Shown: positions 8,762 to 18,425 of the stretch, piece by piece
Layout: every line of letters starts with the position of its first letter
How positions within the stretch are numbered: the stretch's first letter is position 1
Position numbers and translations under genes: made by a program
From: Candidatus Krumholzibacteriota bacterium
GTDB taxonomy: Bacteria > Krumholzibacteriota > Krumholzibacteriia > JAJRXK01
DNA: 64,000 bases
NCBI GenBank assembly: GCA_963764625.1
Contig: CAVXTH010000009.1
Location: 199,739 to 263,738, forward strand
Direction: 5' to 3'
The notes under the pieces: model-generated
Told to the model about the DNA's origin: nothing
Database searches by the model: none
The model's input: the letters and a program-made list of their open reading frames with translations, nothing else

Positions 8762-10225
8762 ATGAAGGTTCCTCGAAGATCCTCGGACGATACCGCGACC
8801 AGCCGGATTCGGCGCATGCCCCTCAGCAATCTGGGACTGTTGCTCGTTCTGGTGGCGCCCTTCTTTTTGATCTCCTGCGGCTCTCTCTTCAATCGTGAGA
8901 ATGCCAAGATGAATCGGCTGCGCGACGCGGTACGGGGCAAGAATCTCGTGATGGTACTGCTCGACGCGGGGGGCTACGGACACTTCGGCTTCGCGGGCTA
9001 CGATCGCGACACCACCCCGAACATCGACGCACTCGCCGCGAAGAGCCTGGTGTTCGATACGGCCTATACGGAGGCAGCGTCGACGGGGCATTCCGTCTAT
9101 GCAATGCTCACGTCGAGCTATCCCTTCCTCGCCGAAAAGCAGGGACTGAAGGGAATCGTCGATGCTCCCTTCAAAGTGGGCGAGAAGACCAATCTCATGC
9201 AGGCGCTCTTGGCGGCCAAGTTCGGCCGTCGCATCGGTATCTCGGGAAATCCCTGGTTCGGGCCGGATTTTGGATTCGATCGAGGGTTCACGAAATTCTA
9301 CGAAATCTACGACAACGAATCGGTGCCCGATTCGACGGAGCATTTGGCCGCGCGTACCGTCGAGGCGTTCGAGAATGACATGAAGTCCTGGGGAAATGAG
9401 CAGGTCTTCGCCTACCTGCATTTTCTCGAACCGCACACTCCCTACACTCCCCCTGATGAGTTCGCCCGCAAGTTCGATGCGGTGGCGGCGGATAGCGTCG
9501 ACGCGAGTGCGCGGAATCTGATCAAGTACCGGCTCGATCCTCCCAGTAAACACCGGCAAGAGATGATCCGCGCGCTCTACGACGGCAATCTGGCCTATGT
9601 CGATTCGAAGGTTGGGGAGGTCATCGAGGATTTGAAGAAGAGCGGCCGCTGGGACAGCACCGTGTTCTTGGTGATCGCCGATCACGGAGAGGCGTTCTGG
9701 GAACATGGGGTCTACGCGCATGGGCGCCACATTTACGAGGAGTTCATGCGGATTCCCTTCATCATGCACATTCCGGGAGCACCCGAATTCGCGGGGCAGC
9801 ACGTGAAGGAACCGGTTTCCCTGGTCGATTTGCTACCCACTTATCTCGACCTCTTCGAGATCAAACCGCCGAGTGGTCTGAAAGGGGACAGTTTGGTGCC
9901 CCTCATCGCGGGACGCACGGAGGACTTCAAGACGCGCAAGGTCTTTCTGCGCAACACCCACAGCATCGTACCGGAGTTCGGACTCAGGGCCGGTCGCTAC
10001 AAGTGGATCTACCGGGTCTACGAGAGCAGCTACCAACTCTACGACCTCGTGGAAGACCCGCACGAGAAGCACGATCTGGTCGCCGCGAACGAGGTGCCGC
10101 CGGAGATCGAGCCGCTTCGCAAGGAGATCGCACTGTGGATCGCAACCGGTACCGACCGCGTGGAGCCGGTGGACCATCTCGATCCGAAGACCGAGGAGCG
10201 CCTGCACGCGATCGGGTATTTCTGA
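8762..10225 (+). CDS. Sulfatase-like (alkaline phosphatase superfamily) lipoprotein, paralog 2
   Basis: ORF 8480..10225 trimmed to ATG 8762 (GGAGG 6 nt upstream); near-identical architecture to 7224..8702 (tandem duplicate), lipobox FLISCG. Confidence 0.85.
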   Translation: MKVPRRSSDDTATSRIRRMPLSNLGLLLVLVAPFFLISCGSLFNRENAKMNRLRDAVRGKNLVMVLLDAGGYGHFGFAGYDRDTTPNIDALAAKSLVFDTAYTEAASTGHSVYAMLTSSYPFLAEKQGLKGIVDAPFKVGEKTNLMQALLAAKFGRRIGISGNPWFGPDFGFDRGFTKFYEIYDNESVPDSTEHLAARTVEAFENDMKSWGNEQVFAYLHFLEPHTPYTPPDEFARKFDAVAADSVDASARNLIKYRLDPPSKHRQEMIRALYDGNLAYVDSKVGEVIEDLKKSGRWDSTVFLVIADHGEAFWEHGVYAHGRHIYEEFMRIPFIMHIPGAPEFAGQHVKEPVSLVDLLPTYLDLFEIKPPSGLKGDSLVPLIAGRTEDFKTRKVFLRNTHSIVPEFGLRAGRYKWIYRVYESSYQLYDLVEDPHEKHDLVAANEVPPEIEPLRKEIALWIATGTDRVEPVDHLDPKTEERLHAIGYF

Positions 10226-10241
10226 GGAAGCGGTTCGCGCC

Positions 10242-11921
10242 TCAGTCGTGCAGATTCTTGATCATGTAGGTTCCCTGCAACGCGTATCCCCGTCGGCGGT
10301 AGTAGGCCCGGGTTCCCACCGAGGCGATAACGGCCATGCGCGGATAGCCGCCCTCTTGGGCGAGTTCCTCGGCGCGTACCAGCAAGCGGCGTCCGAGCCC
10401 ACGGTGTTGGCGAGTCGCGGCGGGTGAATCCTCGGCGTCACGCCCGATCTGAAGCGCCGGCCCGTAGACGTGCACCTCGCGCACGAGCGCGCAGCCTTCG
10501 AGCTCATTCAGTCCGAGGTTCTGTCCTTGGGAGAAGCCCGGCGTTTCGGGCAACGAGAGCCGCAGGTACCCGGCGCAGCGGTCCTGGGGGTCGTCGAAGG
10601 AGAGAAAGACCTCTTCGCTCTCGCGACAATGGTACTTCTGCTCGTTCAGGGAGAGACTGCCGGTATCGACAACGTGGCTTCTCACTTCCCGACAGCGCAG
10701 GCAGTGGCAGCTCCGGTGCGACTGCTTCATGATCTCGGCGATTCTCTGGCGCAGATTGGTGATCTTGCAACCGGCCACCACGTTGGTCGAGGGAATGTCG
10801 CGGTAGATGCGATTGATGCGACAGTAACGGGGAACAAGTTCTTTGCAGGCGATGATCAATTCGATCAGGGTGTCGTCGTCGTAGGGTTCATAGTTCCCTT
10901 TCAACCAGTTCTGGTAGAGCGCGGCGTTTTTCAGGAGAGTCGTGGGGTAGATCTTGATCTCGTCGGGCCGCAGACCTGGATCCTCGAAGAGCTTCTGGAA
11001 GTCCTCCAGATCGCTGTGCGCGGCGGCCCCGTGCAGGTTGGGCATCCAGTGGAGCACCAGCTTGAAGCCGGCAGTGCGCAGTCGCGCCATGGCCCCGCGC
11101 GTCTGTTCCACCGTGTGGCCGCGCTGATTGAGCCTCAGGATCCGATCATCCAGCGATTGCGCGCCCATTTGGATCTTGGTAGCCCCCAAGTGGCGCAGGT
11201 GACGGATCTCTTCCAGAGTCACGTGGTCGGGGCGGGTCTCCAGCACGAGTCCGACGTTGCGGCATCGTGCGCTCTCGTTTCGCCTTTGGGCTTCCGGTAG
11301 GTTGGTGGAAGGTGTGAGGGTCTTTCCTCGCACGGAAGAACCCGACAAGCCCGTCGCGTCGTTCATGGCGTCCAGGCAACGCCGTACGAAATACTCCTGA
11401 TACTCGCGTGGATAACTCGACCAGGTGCCACCCAAGACCAAAAGCTCGATCTTGTCCGCGGGGTGCCCATTGCTCTCGAACGCGGCGATCCGCCCCGCAG
11501 TCTGCTCGTAGGGATCGAACCCGTGTTGCTCGGCTCGCATTGCACCGGGTTCATCGCGCAGATAGCTCTTGGGCATGCGGGCGTCGGTAGGGCAGAAAAT
11601 GCACTGGCCGGGACAGGGAAAGGGCTTGGTGAGGACGGTGACCGGGGTGACTCCACTCAGAGTTCGGACCGGCCGCATTTGGATGCGACGCAAGAGTCCC
11701 TCATCCGGAGCGATTACCCCGGTGGAAGAGAGCAGGCGGTATCCGGCGACGAGGTGGTTCTTGCTGAAGACGCCGTTGCCATCCCGGGGATGACGGCGCA
11801 GGATGGAAGCCAGGCGTTTCTCGCTCATCCGGTCGAGCGCGGCGACTTCCCGCAGAATGACGCGGAGGGTTTCACGGTAGTGATGAAGGTCGAGCTCTGA
11901 GAGTGGAGCTGGCTTCGCCAT
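10242..11921 (-). CDS. Elp3-like radical SAM / GNAT acetyltransferase (elongator protein 3 homologue)
   Basis: ORF 10242..11993 trimmed to ATG 11921; radical-SAM Cys triad PCPGQCIFCPT, blocks LETRPD, NRGHTV, LVREVHVYG, C-terminal GNAT VGTRAYYRRRGYALQGTYMIK. Confidence 0.85.
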   Translation of the reverse strand: MAKPAPLSELDLHHYRETLRVILREVAALDRMSEKRLASILRRHPRDGNGVFSKNHLVAGYRLLSSTGVIAPDEGLLRRIQMRPVRTLSGVTPVTVLTKPFPCPGQCIFCPTDARMPKSYLRDEPGAMRAEQHGFDPYEQTAGRIAAFESNGHPADKIELLVLGGTWSSYPREYQEYFVRRCLDAMNDATGLSGSSVRGKTLTPSTNLPEAQRRNESARCRNVGLVLETRPDHVTLEEIRHLRHLGATKIQMGAQSLDDRILRLNQRGHTVEQTRGAMARLRTAGFKLVLHWMPNLHGAAAHSDLEDFQKLFEDPGLRPDEIKIYPTTLLKNAALYQNWLKGNYEPYDDDTLIELIIACKELVPRYCRINRIYRDIPSTNVVAGCKITNLRQRIAEIMKQSHRSCHCLRCREVRSHVVDTGSLSLNEQKYHCRESEEVFLSFDDPQDRCAGYLRLSLPETPGFSQGQNLGLNELEGCALVREVHVYGPALQIGRDAEDSPAATRQHRGLGRRLLVRAEELAQEGGYPRMAVIASVGTRAYYRRRGYALQGTYMIKNLHD

Positions 11922-12010
11922 GGTCCTGTGGGAGGGAGGAGAGGTGACTGGGTGGCGGAGCGCGGCCGAGGGCTTCGCCCTGCATCGCTCCATAGTATAG
12001 AAGGATTCTA

Positions 12011-12748
12011 GTGCAGCGGTCCATTCGCCGAAAGCTGATCGAACTGAATCTCGCCCTGTACGGGCGCTTCGCAGGCGAATTCTCGAGTTCGAGAGCCGTC
12101 TTGCAGCCAGGAATCGTGCGCGCCCTCGCGACGCTGGGTTCGTTCTCGAGCCTGGTGGACCTCGGGTGCGGCGATGCGCGCGTGGGCCGGGCTCTGCTGG
12201 GGGGGCAAGTGGGGCCTACCGTCCAGGGATGGCGAGGGTACTACCTGGGCGTGGACGCCAGTCGGGAGCTTCTGGCTCTGGCCCCATCGCAAACCGAGAG
12301 CTTCCAGCTTCTGCCGGTCGATCTGTCGCGAGAGGATTGGATCGAGCATATCCCGCGACCCGAGGGCGGATTCGAGGCGCTCGTACTCTTTTCCGTTCTG
12401 CACCACATTCCAGGACGAGCGCAACGCCTTCGCTTTCTGCGGGAATGCTCCACGCTTCTCTCAGAGGGTGGACGGTGGGCCCTCTCTGTTTGGCAGTTCC
12501 TACATCACGAGCGCTTTCGGGATCGCCTCGTCCCATGGTCGAGTATCAAAGTGAGAGAGGACGAGGTGGAGAGCGGTGACGTCTTGCAGGACTGGCGGCG
12601 CGGTGGAAGAGGGCTGCGCTACGTACACTCCTTCGGGCTGGAGGAACTGCACGAGCTGTGCGAGAAGGCGGGTCTGCAGGTCGAGGAGCACTTTCGAAGC
12701 GACGGGGAGAGTGGCGACCTGGGGCTCTATCTGCTGGGCGAAAAGTAG
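12011..12748 (+). CDS. Class I SAM-dependent methyltransferase (Trm9-like by motif inspection)
   Basis: GTG start after AAGGA; SAM-binding motif LVDLGCGDARVG; C-terminal half VLHH...GG.WALSVWQF...RLVPW. Confidence 0.75.
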   Translation: MQRSIRRKLIELNLALYGRFAGEFSSSRAVLQPGIVRALATLGSFSSLVDLGCGDARVGRALLGGQVGPTVQGWRGYYLGVDASRELLALAPSQTESFQLLPVDLSREDWIEHIPRPEGGFEALVLFSVLHHIPGRAQRLRFLRECSTLLSEGGRWALSVWQFLHHERFRDRLVPWSSIKVREDEVESGDVLQDWRRGGRGLRYVHSFGLEELHELCEKAGLQVEEHFRSDGESGDLGLYLLGEK

Positions 12749-12749
12749 A

Positions 12750-15228
12750 CTAGGTACGATCGTGCAAGAGTTCCTGAATGCGGGCGAGAAAGATCTCGGC
12801 GACATAGGGTTTCATCAACACCTCCTCCTCGGCATCCAGCTCGGAACTTCCTTCCACTTCCGTGGAATTGTAGCCGGAGACGAACAAGATGCCCGCCTCG
12901 GGTTTCAGGGTGCGGATCTGAAGGCTCGTCTCGCGCCCACCCATTCTAGGCATGACAACGTCCAGGACAGAGAGTGCGATCTCGTCCTTGTGTAGTTGGA
13001 ACAACTCGAGAGCTTCCTTCCCGTCGGAAGCGGCCAGGACGCGATAGCCTCCACGCTCGAGCACTCGCGCGGCAATCTCCCGAACCAGGCGATCGTCTTC
13101 GGCGAGCAGGATGGTTTCTCCATTGCCGCTGTGGGGTTCGTTGGCGTCCTGGGGGCTCTGCGCCACCGCTTCGTCGGAGGCTGGAAGATAGACGGTGAGC
13201 TTGGTTCCCTTCCCCAAGGCACTTTCCAGGTCGATGCTTCCACCGTGTTGGCGAACGATTCCGTACACGGTCGCGAGCCCGATTCCCGTACCCGCCCCCA
13301 CCTCCTTGGTGGTGAAAAAGGGCTCGAATACATGCTTCTGGACTTCACGCGACATGCCCGAACCGTGGTCGCTGACTTCCAGGAGGGCAAACAGCCCTGC
13401 ATAGGTTCCCGGGTGCTCTTCGAGAAAGTGATCGTCGGCGAGCGTCATCGCCGGTGCGAACCGTGATGGTGCCTGATTTGCCCATCGCGTCCCGTGCATT
13501 GACACAGAGATTCATCAGAACTTGGCCTAGCTGGCTTTGGTCGGCATAGACCGCCGGGCAACGCGGATTCGCTTCGAAGCGGATTTCGACCGATTCGCCC
13601 ATGAATCCGCGCAGCATCTGAATAGTCTCCCGGCAAACCTCGTTCAGATCGACCACCTCGGGATTGAGGGTTTGCCGGCGACTGAAGGCAAGCAATTGCC
13701 GGGTCAGATGGATGGCTCGTTCGATCCCCTTGTGTACTTGATCCAGATCTTTGCGAGCGGACGACCCCTCGGGAATTTCCCCGCTCGCGAACTCCAGATA
13801 TCCGATCATGGCCTGGAGAATGTTGTTGAAGTCGTGAGCGATGCCCCCCGCGAGTTGTCCTACCGCTTGTAACTTCTGCGATTGAATCAGTTGCTCTTCC
13901 AGTTCGTGTCGCCGAGTGATGTCGGTTCCCACTCCGATGATTTCCGCGACTGAACCGTCGTCATCGAGGATCGAAGTTATCGACCAAGCCAGCCAACGCC
14001 AACCTACACCCGTCGTGGCTTTTTCCTCGAGGTGGCACGAGTGCGGTGGGCGGTCCAGTCCCGCCAGCGCGCGCTTCACCGCCTCGCGGTCATCTTCGTG
14101 GATCAACGACAGGAAGTCGGTTCCTAGGAGTTCCTCTTCTGATTTGGCGAAGAACTGGAAGCAACTCGGGCTCAGATAGAGGAAGCGACCCCGTGGGTCC
14201 ATCTTGACCACCATGTCGCTCTGATTCTCCACCAACAACTTGTAATTCTCCTGACTCTCCGCGAGAGCCTCGTGTCGCTCGATCAGAGCCCTGAGCGCCA
14301 GGGAGAGAGCGAGGATCAGCGCCAAACCCGCCAGGACCAGGATTTCATCGGCGAAAGTTCGTGAACCAGAGAGGTATTGAGGATCCAGGGCGAAGCGCAG
14401 AGTCCACGGTCGGTCCACCACGCGGACCTGGAGAGACACCGCCAGCGGCCATTTCGCATCCTTGTCATCGGGGGGATGGAGATAGGCCCGATGGCCAGTG
14501 GAGTCGAGAACTTCGAAGCGGAAGTGATCGCGCAAATCAGCTTCTGGAAGACAACTGTCTATCAGCGCATCGACTCGGAACACGCAGTTGGCGAATCCCA
14601 GCTGTGTTCCGGTGTCGGTTCGCAGCGGTTCATAGGTGGCGAACCCCTTTCCCCCCTGGAAGAGGTCGACCACGGGAGTCCGGCTGATGGAACCGCTCGC
14701 TTCAGCCCGCTCGAGCGTGACCGTGATTTCGGGGCGTGGATCGTGTCGCAGGTCTTGCCCCAACGCCGCCACGTTGGAAGTCTCGGGGACGACGATCTGG
14801 ATGATTCCCTGGTTATCAACGAAGTTCAGAGCCTGAATTCCGGGATAGAGTTGGACGAAGCGTGATGCGGTCGCTCGAAAGTTCTGACGCACCTCCAAGC
14901 TGTCGCTGAATTGCCGGCTGCATAGGTAGTCTACCGAAGCGGTGCGAGTGTCGATCCAAGATTCTACACGGCGACGAATTTGCTGCGCGGTGATGCGAGT
15001 CTCTTGTTGAATTCTCTCGTTCTCGATCCCGTCGATGATCGTCCACAGTGCGATCGTGGCGGCCGCACCGACGACGAAGAACACCAGCGGCAATCGCCGC
15101 AAGAAAGGACCCACCCGCTGCGCCTTCGGGGGATGTCGTGAGGGCTTGGAGGATTTGCTGGAGAAGAGCACGAACAACCCTCGGAGAAGTGTCGGAGTCG
15201 TCGAATCTACCACGAAGAAGCATTTCAA
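12750..15228 (-). CDS. Hybrid sensor histidine kinase (2 TM + periplasmic sensor, PAS, HisKA, HATPase, receiver); frame disrupted near 13446-13452
   Basis: ORF 13345..15228 carries TM/sensor/PAS/H-box (GGIAHDFNN) and the HATPase N-box (NLCVNARDAMGKSGTITVRTG); ORF 12750..13505 continues in another frame with G-boxes (DHGSGMS, GAGTGIGL) and a REC domain (ILLAEDD, DVVMP). Confidence 0.8.
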
Positions 15229-15690
15229 CTGTTACCATTGGGTAGGGCAGAGTACCAGTTGAAACCGCGCAGCCACCGATGGCGATCGGCAAGCCAGGTG
15301 GAAACGCGGCTCATCTTCCACCGCTTGGGCCGAAACGACGCCGATCGCGAGACGGCCAAGCCGCTCCGGTCTTCCAGTACGTATTTTGATTAGAACCGAC
15401 GAGAGAAGGACGGAGGGGCCAGCCTCGCGACCGCTGCCCGCGGGGAGGGTGCTCCGCGAGCCCTTCGTCCGTGGAGGAGCCGGGCATCGCCATGCCTAAG
15501 TTCATCAAAGGCAGCCGGATAGCGAAGCTCTCCTGGAACACGGAGGACTCAGAAGCGCGAAGCCACCAATCGAGAGGTGGCAGGAGGCGGCGCTCGGGCG
15601 GCGCCAGAACGTCCCAGGGGGTGAGCGTTCGGTCCCTCCAGGACGGGGAAAACTCGCCGCCGGCGGGGGGGCGTGCGGGCGACAAACAGT

Positions 15691-15718
15691 TTGCGAAAAT
15701 GGCGGGGCGCGCTATGCT
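15691..15718 (+). promoter_or_regulatory. Candidate sigma70-type promoter (TTGCGA-N16-TATGCT) about 290 nt upstream of the RRM protein gene
   Basis: Hexamers read directly from sequence; lies in a 780-bp region without convincing ORFs. Confidence 0.3.
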
Positions 15719-16011
15719 CACAATTGTACGAGCGGGTGCATCCTGGCCCGCGGAGATTGGTTATGGAGTTAGGATCGATCGGCTTGAGCCCTCGAATTCC
15801 CGCCATGTCCCACCTGTGCGTGGACGTCTTCGTAGCCGAATCCAGAGTTTTGCTCGGGAGTCATCCCGAGCTCGAGATTCCCTCGATCGTCGAGGGAAGA
15901 TGTCCGGCATTTCGCTGGATGAGCATGAGGCGTGGTGGTTCTTCCGGATAGTCCGGCGACCCCGAGCGCCTCAGATAGACCGGCGATGCCGGTTGATGGA
16001 GACGAAAGAAC

Positions 16012-16329
16012 GTGAAGAAGCTTTATGTAGGCAACCTGCCTTTTAGTGCGACCGATGCTGAGGTCAATGAATTGTTCAGCCAACACGGTACGGTGCACTC
16101 GGTGGCTCTGATCAACGACCGTGAGACTGGCCGTCCCCGCGGATTTGGATTCGTGGAAATGGATGACGATGCTGCGCAGGCTGCCATCAGCGCCCTGAAC
16201 GGTTTCGAGATGGGTGGACGCGCTCTGCGTGTCAATGAAGCCCAGGAACGTCCCCGCCGCAGCGGTGGTGGTGGCGGTGGCGGTGGCTTCGGTGGTGGTG
16301 GCGGCGGTGGTCGCCGAGATCGCTGGTAA
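16012..16329 (+). CDS. RNA-binding protein, RRM domain with glycine-rich C-terminal tail
   Basis: GTG start; RNP1/RNP2 motifs LYVGNL and RGFGFVEM; C-terminal GGGGGGGGFGGGGGGGRR. Confidence 0.9.
   Translation: MKKLYVGNLPFSATDAEVNELFSQHGTVHSVALINDRETGRPRGFGFVEMDDDAAQAAISALNGFEMGGRALRVNEAQERPRRSGGGGGGGGFGGGGGGGRRDRW
16264..16311 (+). repeat. Simple GGY-triplet repeat encoding the poly-Gly tail of the RRM protein
   Basis: ggtggtggtggcggtggcggtggcttcggtggtggtggcggcggtggt. Confidence 0.5.
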
Positions 16330-16360
16330 TCCCACACCACTCACATCGTGAGTTGACGAG

Positions 16361-16393
16361 GCCCCGTTCCCTTCGAGGAGCGGGGCTTTTTTT
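16361..16393 (+). terminator. Rho-independent terminator downstream of the RRM protein gene
   Basis: GC stem gccccg...cggggc followed by a run of 7 T. Confidence 0.7.
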
Positions 16394-16502
16394 ACCCTGA
16401 AAACCAATTCAAGATGATGGACTCACGTCTTGGGCGGCGCCGTGGAGGGACGCGCTTGCCCGGAGCATGTAATAATCGGATCTCTCCATCGTTGTAAAGG
16501 GC

Positions 16503-17036
16503 ATGGAAACCATGGCAACTCAGGAAGATTGGCTCATGGAGCGGGTGCGGGCCGGTGACCGAGCAGCGCTTGGACGGCTCTACCGGCTGCTATCCGGCGG
16601 GCTCTTCAATTACCTGCGCAAGAGAGGGGCGAACCCGGACGACGCCGCGGATGTGCTCCACGATGCCTTTCTCAAGGTGTGGCGCCATCGAAAGCGATTT
16701 CGCGGTAGAGGCGCACGGCCCTGGATCTACACCATCGCACGAAATGCATGGATCGATACTCGCACGCGTGCCGAGAGTTCGCTGACTCGAGTCAGCCACG
16801 ATCTCGTGAGCAGCGCGCCCTCTGCCGAGGACGAATACTTGGCGCGGGAACTTGCGGACAGAATTCATGAAGCGCTCGCGGGGCTGCCCGAGGCAACCCG
16901 CGAGGTGATTCTCCTGAGTCGTTACTCGGCCATGTCGTCGGCTGAAATCGCGGAAGTTTTGGAAATGAGCCAGGGAAACGTCGCGGTGAGGCTGCACCGG
17001 GGCCTGAAGGCACTGAAGGAGGTGCTCGATGGGTGA
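16503..17036 (+). CDS. RNA polymerase sigma factor, ECF subfamily
   Basis: 177 aa; sigma-70 region 2 (DVLHDAFLKVWRH, RPWIYTIARNAWID) and region 4 HTH (EVILLSRYSAMSSAEIAEVLEMSQGNV). Confidence 0.9.
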   Translation: METMATQEDWLMERVRAGDRAALGRLYRLLSGGLFNYLRKRGANPDDAADVLHDAFLKVWRHRKRFRGRGARPWIYTIARNAWIDTRTRAESSLTRVSHDLVSSAPSAEDEYLARELADRIHEALAGLPEATREVILLSRYSAMSSAEIAEVLEMSQGNVAVRLHRGLKALKEVLDG

Positions 17037-17580
17037 CAGCGATGTAAAGTTCCTGCAGCAGGACAATCTCGATCGTTGGAAGGACACTCTCGGCGAAGAT
17101 GCCGAGAGTCTGTGGGAGGCGCTGGACGAAGAATCTCCCCCTCCCTACTTCAGCCAGGTCGAGGGAAAGCACGGTACGCTGATGCTCTGGCGGATGGCGA
17201 CCGTGGTAGCTGTCTTGCTCGGCATCCTACTCTTGGGGATCAACCTGCATCAGAGGAGCCAGCTACGAGCGCTCGCGATCGACAACGCCATTCAGAAGTT
17301 GAGTTCTTCTGAAATCCGGACCCGGTTCGCGGGAGTCGAGCAGCTTCAGGAGATGCACAGTGGGCTTTCCGATGCCGCGGTCCGCGAGCTCTTTACGCTG
17401 TTGGCAAGCTCCGAGGACCCGAACCTGCAACTCAGCATTCTCGAGATTCTGGTCGCGCAGAAGTGCGTAGACGGTGTGGAGGACATTCCCACTGGATACG
17501 GCGCCGCCAAAAGCCAGTTCCTGCGAACGGTGTACGAGAAGCTCTACCGGAAAGAGGGAGGTAAACATGATCCGCTTTGA
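17029..17580 (+). CDS. Putative membrane-anchored anti-sigma factor
   Basis: Overlaps sigma gene stop by 8 nt; GGAGG SD; single TM (MATVVAVLLGILLLGINL); position immediately downstream of ECF sigma gene. Confidence 0.65.
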   Translation: MGDSDVKFLQQDNLDRWKDTLGEDAESLWEALDEESPPPYFSQVEGKHGTLMLWRMATVVAVLLGILLLGINLHQRSQLRALAIDNAIQKLSSSEIRTRFAGVEQLQEMHSGLSDAAVRELFTLLASSEDPNLQLSILEILVAQKCVDGVEDIPTGYGAAKSQFLRTVYEKLYRKEGGKHDPL

Positions 17581-18387
17581 GGTGAAGCGCCGGAGTCGAG
17601 GAGGGGCATCCACCGCCGCGGTTGCCCTGCTCATGCTCGGCTGGGTCTGCAGTGGGAGCTTGCATGCTACGCTCGCACACGCGGACGAGTTGGCCATTGA
17701 TGGGGTGGAGAAGGTAAGGAGCCTTCGCCTGAGCGCCGATTTCGCAGACGTGGAACTGCGGGCCACCGATGGGGGGTTCCGTGGCTCCTGGCACGCGGAG
17801 AGCTTGGGGGAACCGCGGGAGAACCAGGATGCGGGCATCCCGGTGCTCCCCGCCGCAGCACCCATCACCCTCGTGAACGATGGCCAACTCCTGGTCCGCG
17901 CGCAGAACGCAAGCTACCGCTACCACCTCGAGTTCGACATCCCCCGCGGCTGGGGAGTGACGGTTCAGATCTATCGGCATGGAAACGTGTGGATTGCGGG
18001 AATGGAGGGCGCGGTTAGCGCGTGGTCAGCCGGAGGGGATGTCAACGTGCTGCAACAGACGGGGGCGTTTTCGATCACCGCGATGGATGGGAGTGCCGCG
18101 GTGGATTTCGTCGGCAATACGCTCGAGTCGGCTTCAGCAATTTCTGCTCACGTTCCCACGCTGAAGGAGCGTGGGATCAAACTCACGATTCCGCCCGGTT
18201 TGGCAGCCGAATTTCGTATTTCCACCACGGGAAGGATTCACACCGACCTTCCCCCGCTGCTTCACGGCCTGAAGCAGGCCAACGCGAAGGGGGGGCTAAA
18301 TCCTCTGAGCGTCATGTTGAATGGGGGTGGCCCTTCCATTCGCTCCGGAACGTCAACGGAGATGTCGAAATCCTCGCTCACGACTGA
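17567..18387 (+). CDS. DUF4097-like putative adhesin/beta-helix protein (secreted); frame disrupted near a G7 tract at 18289-18295
   Basis: ATG 17567 after GGAGG; signal peptide; repeated GDV/GxI beta-strand motifs; C-terminal repeat (NVNGDVEIL) and stop at 18385-18387 lie in ORF 18022..18387, a different frame from ORF 17474..18583. Confidence 0.55.
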
Positions 18388-18425
18388 GCCACTTCGAGTT
18401 CAACCTATTTCCAATGGAGTCTGGG

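Noticed and set aside
10223-10244. Short palindrome tgagg...cctca between convergent sulfatase-2 and Elp3 genes
   Set aside because: Only a 5-bp stem with a 12-nt loop and no T-run; too weak to call a terminator.
15471-16046. 191-aa ORF in the long intergenic region upstream of the RRM gene
   Set aside because: Arg-rich with no recognisable fold; it runs through the RRM gene start and SD, so the region is treated as non-coding.
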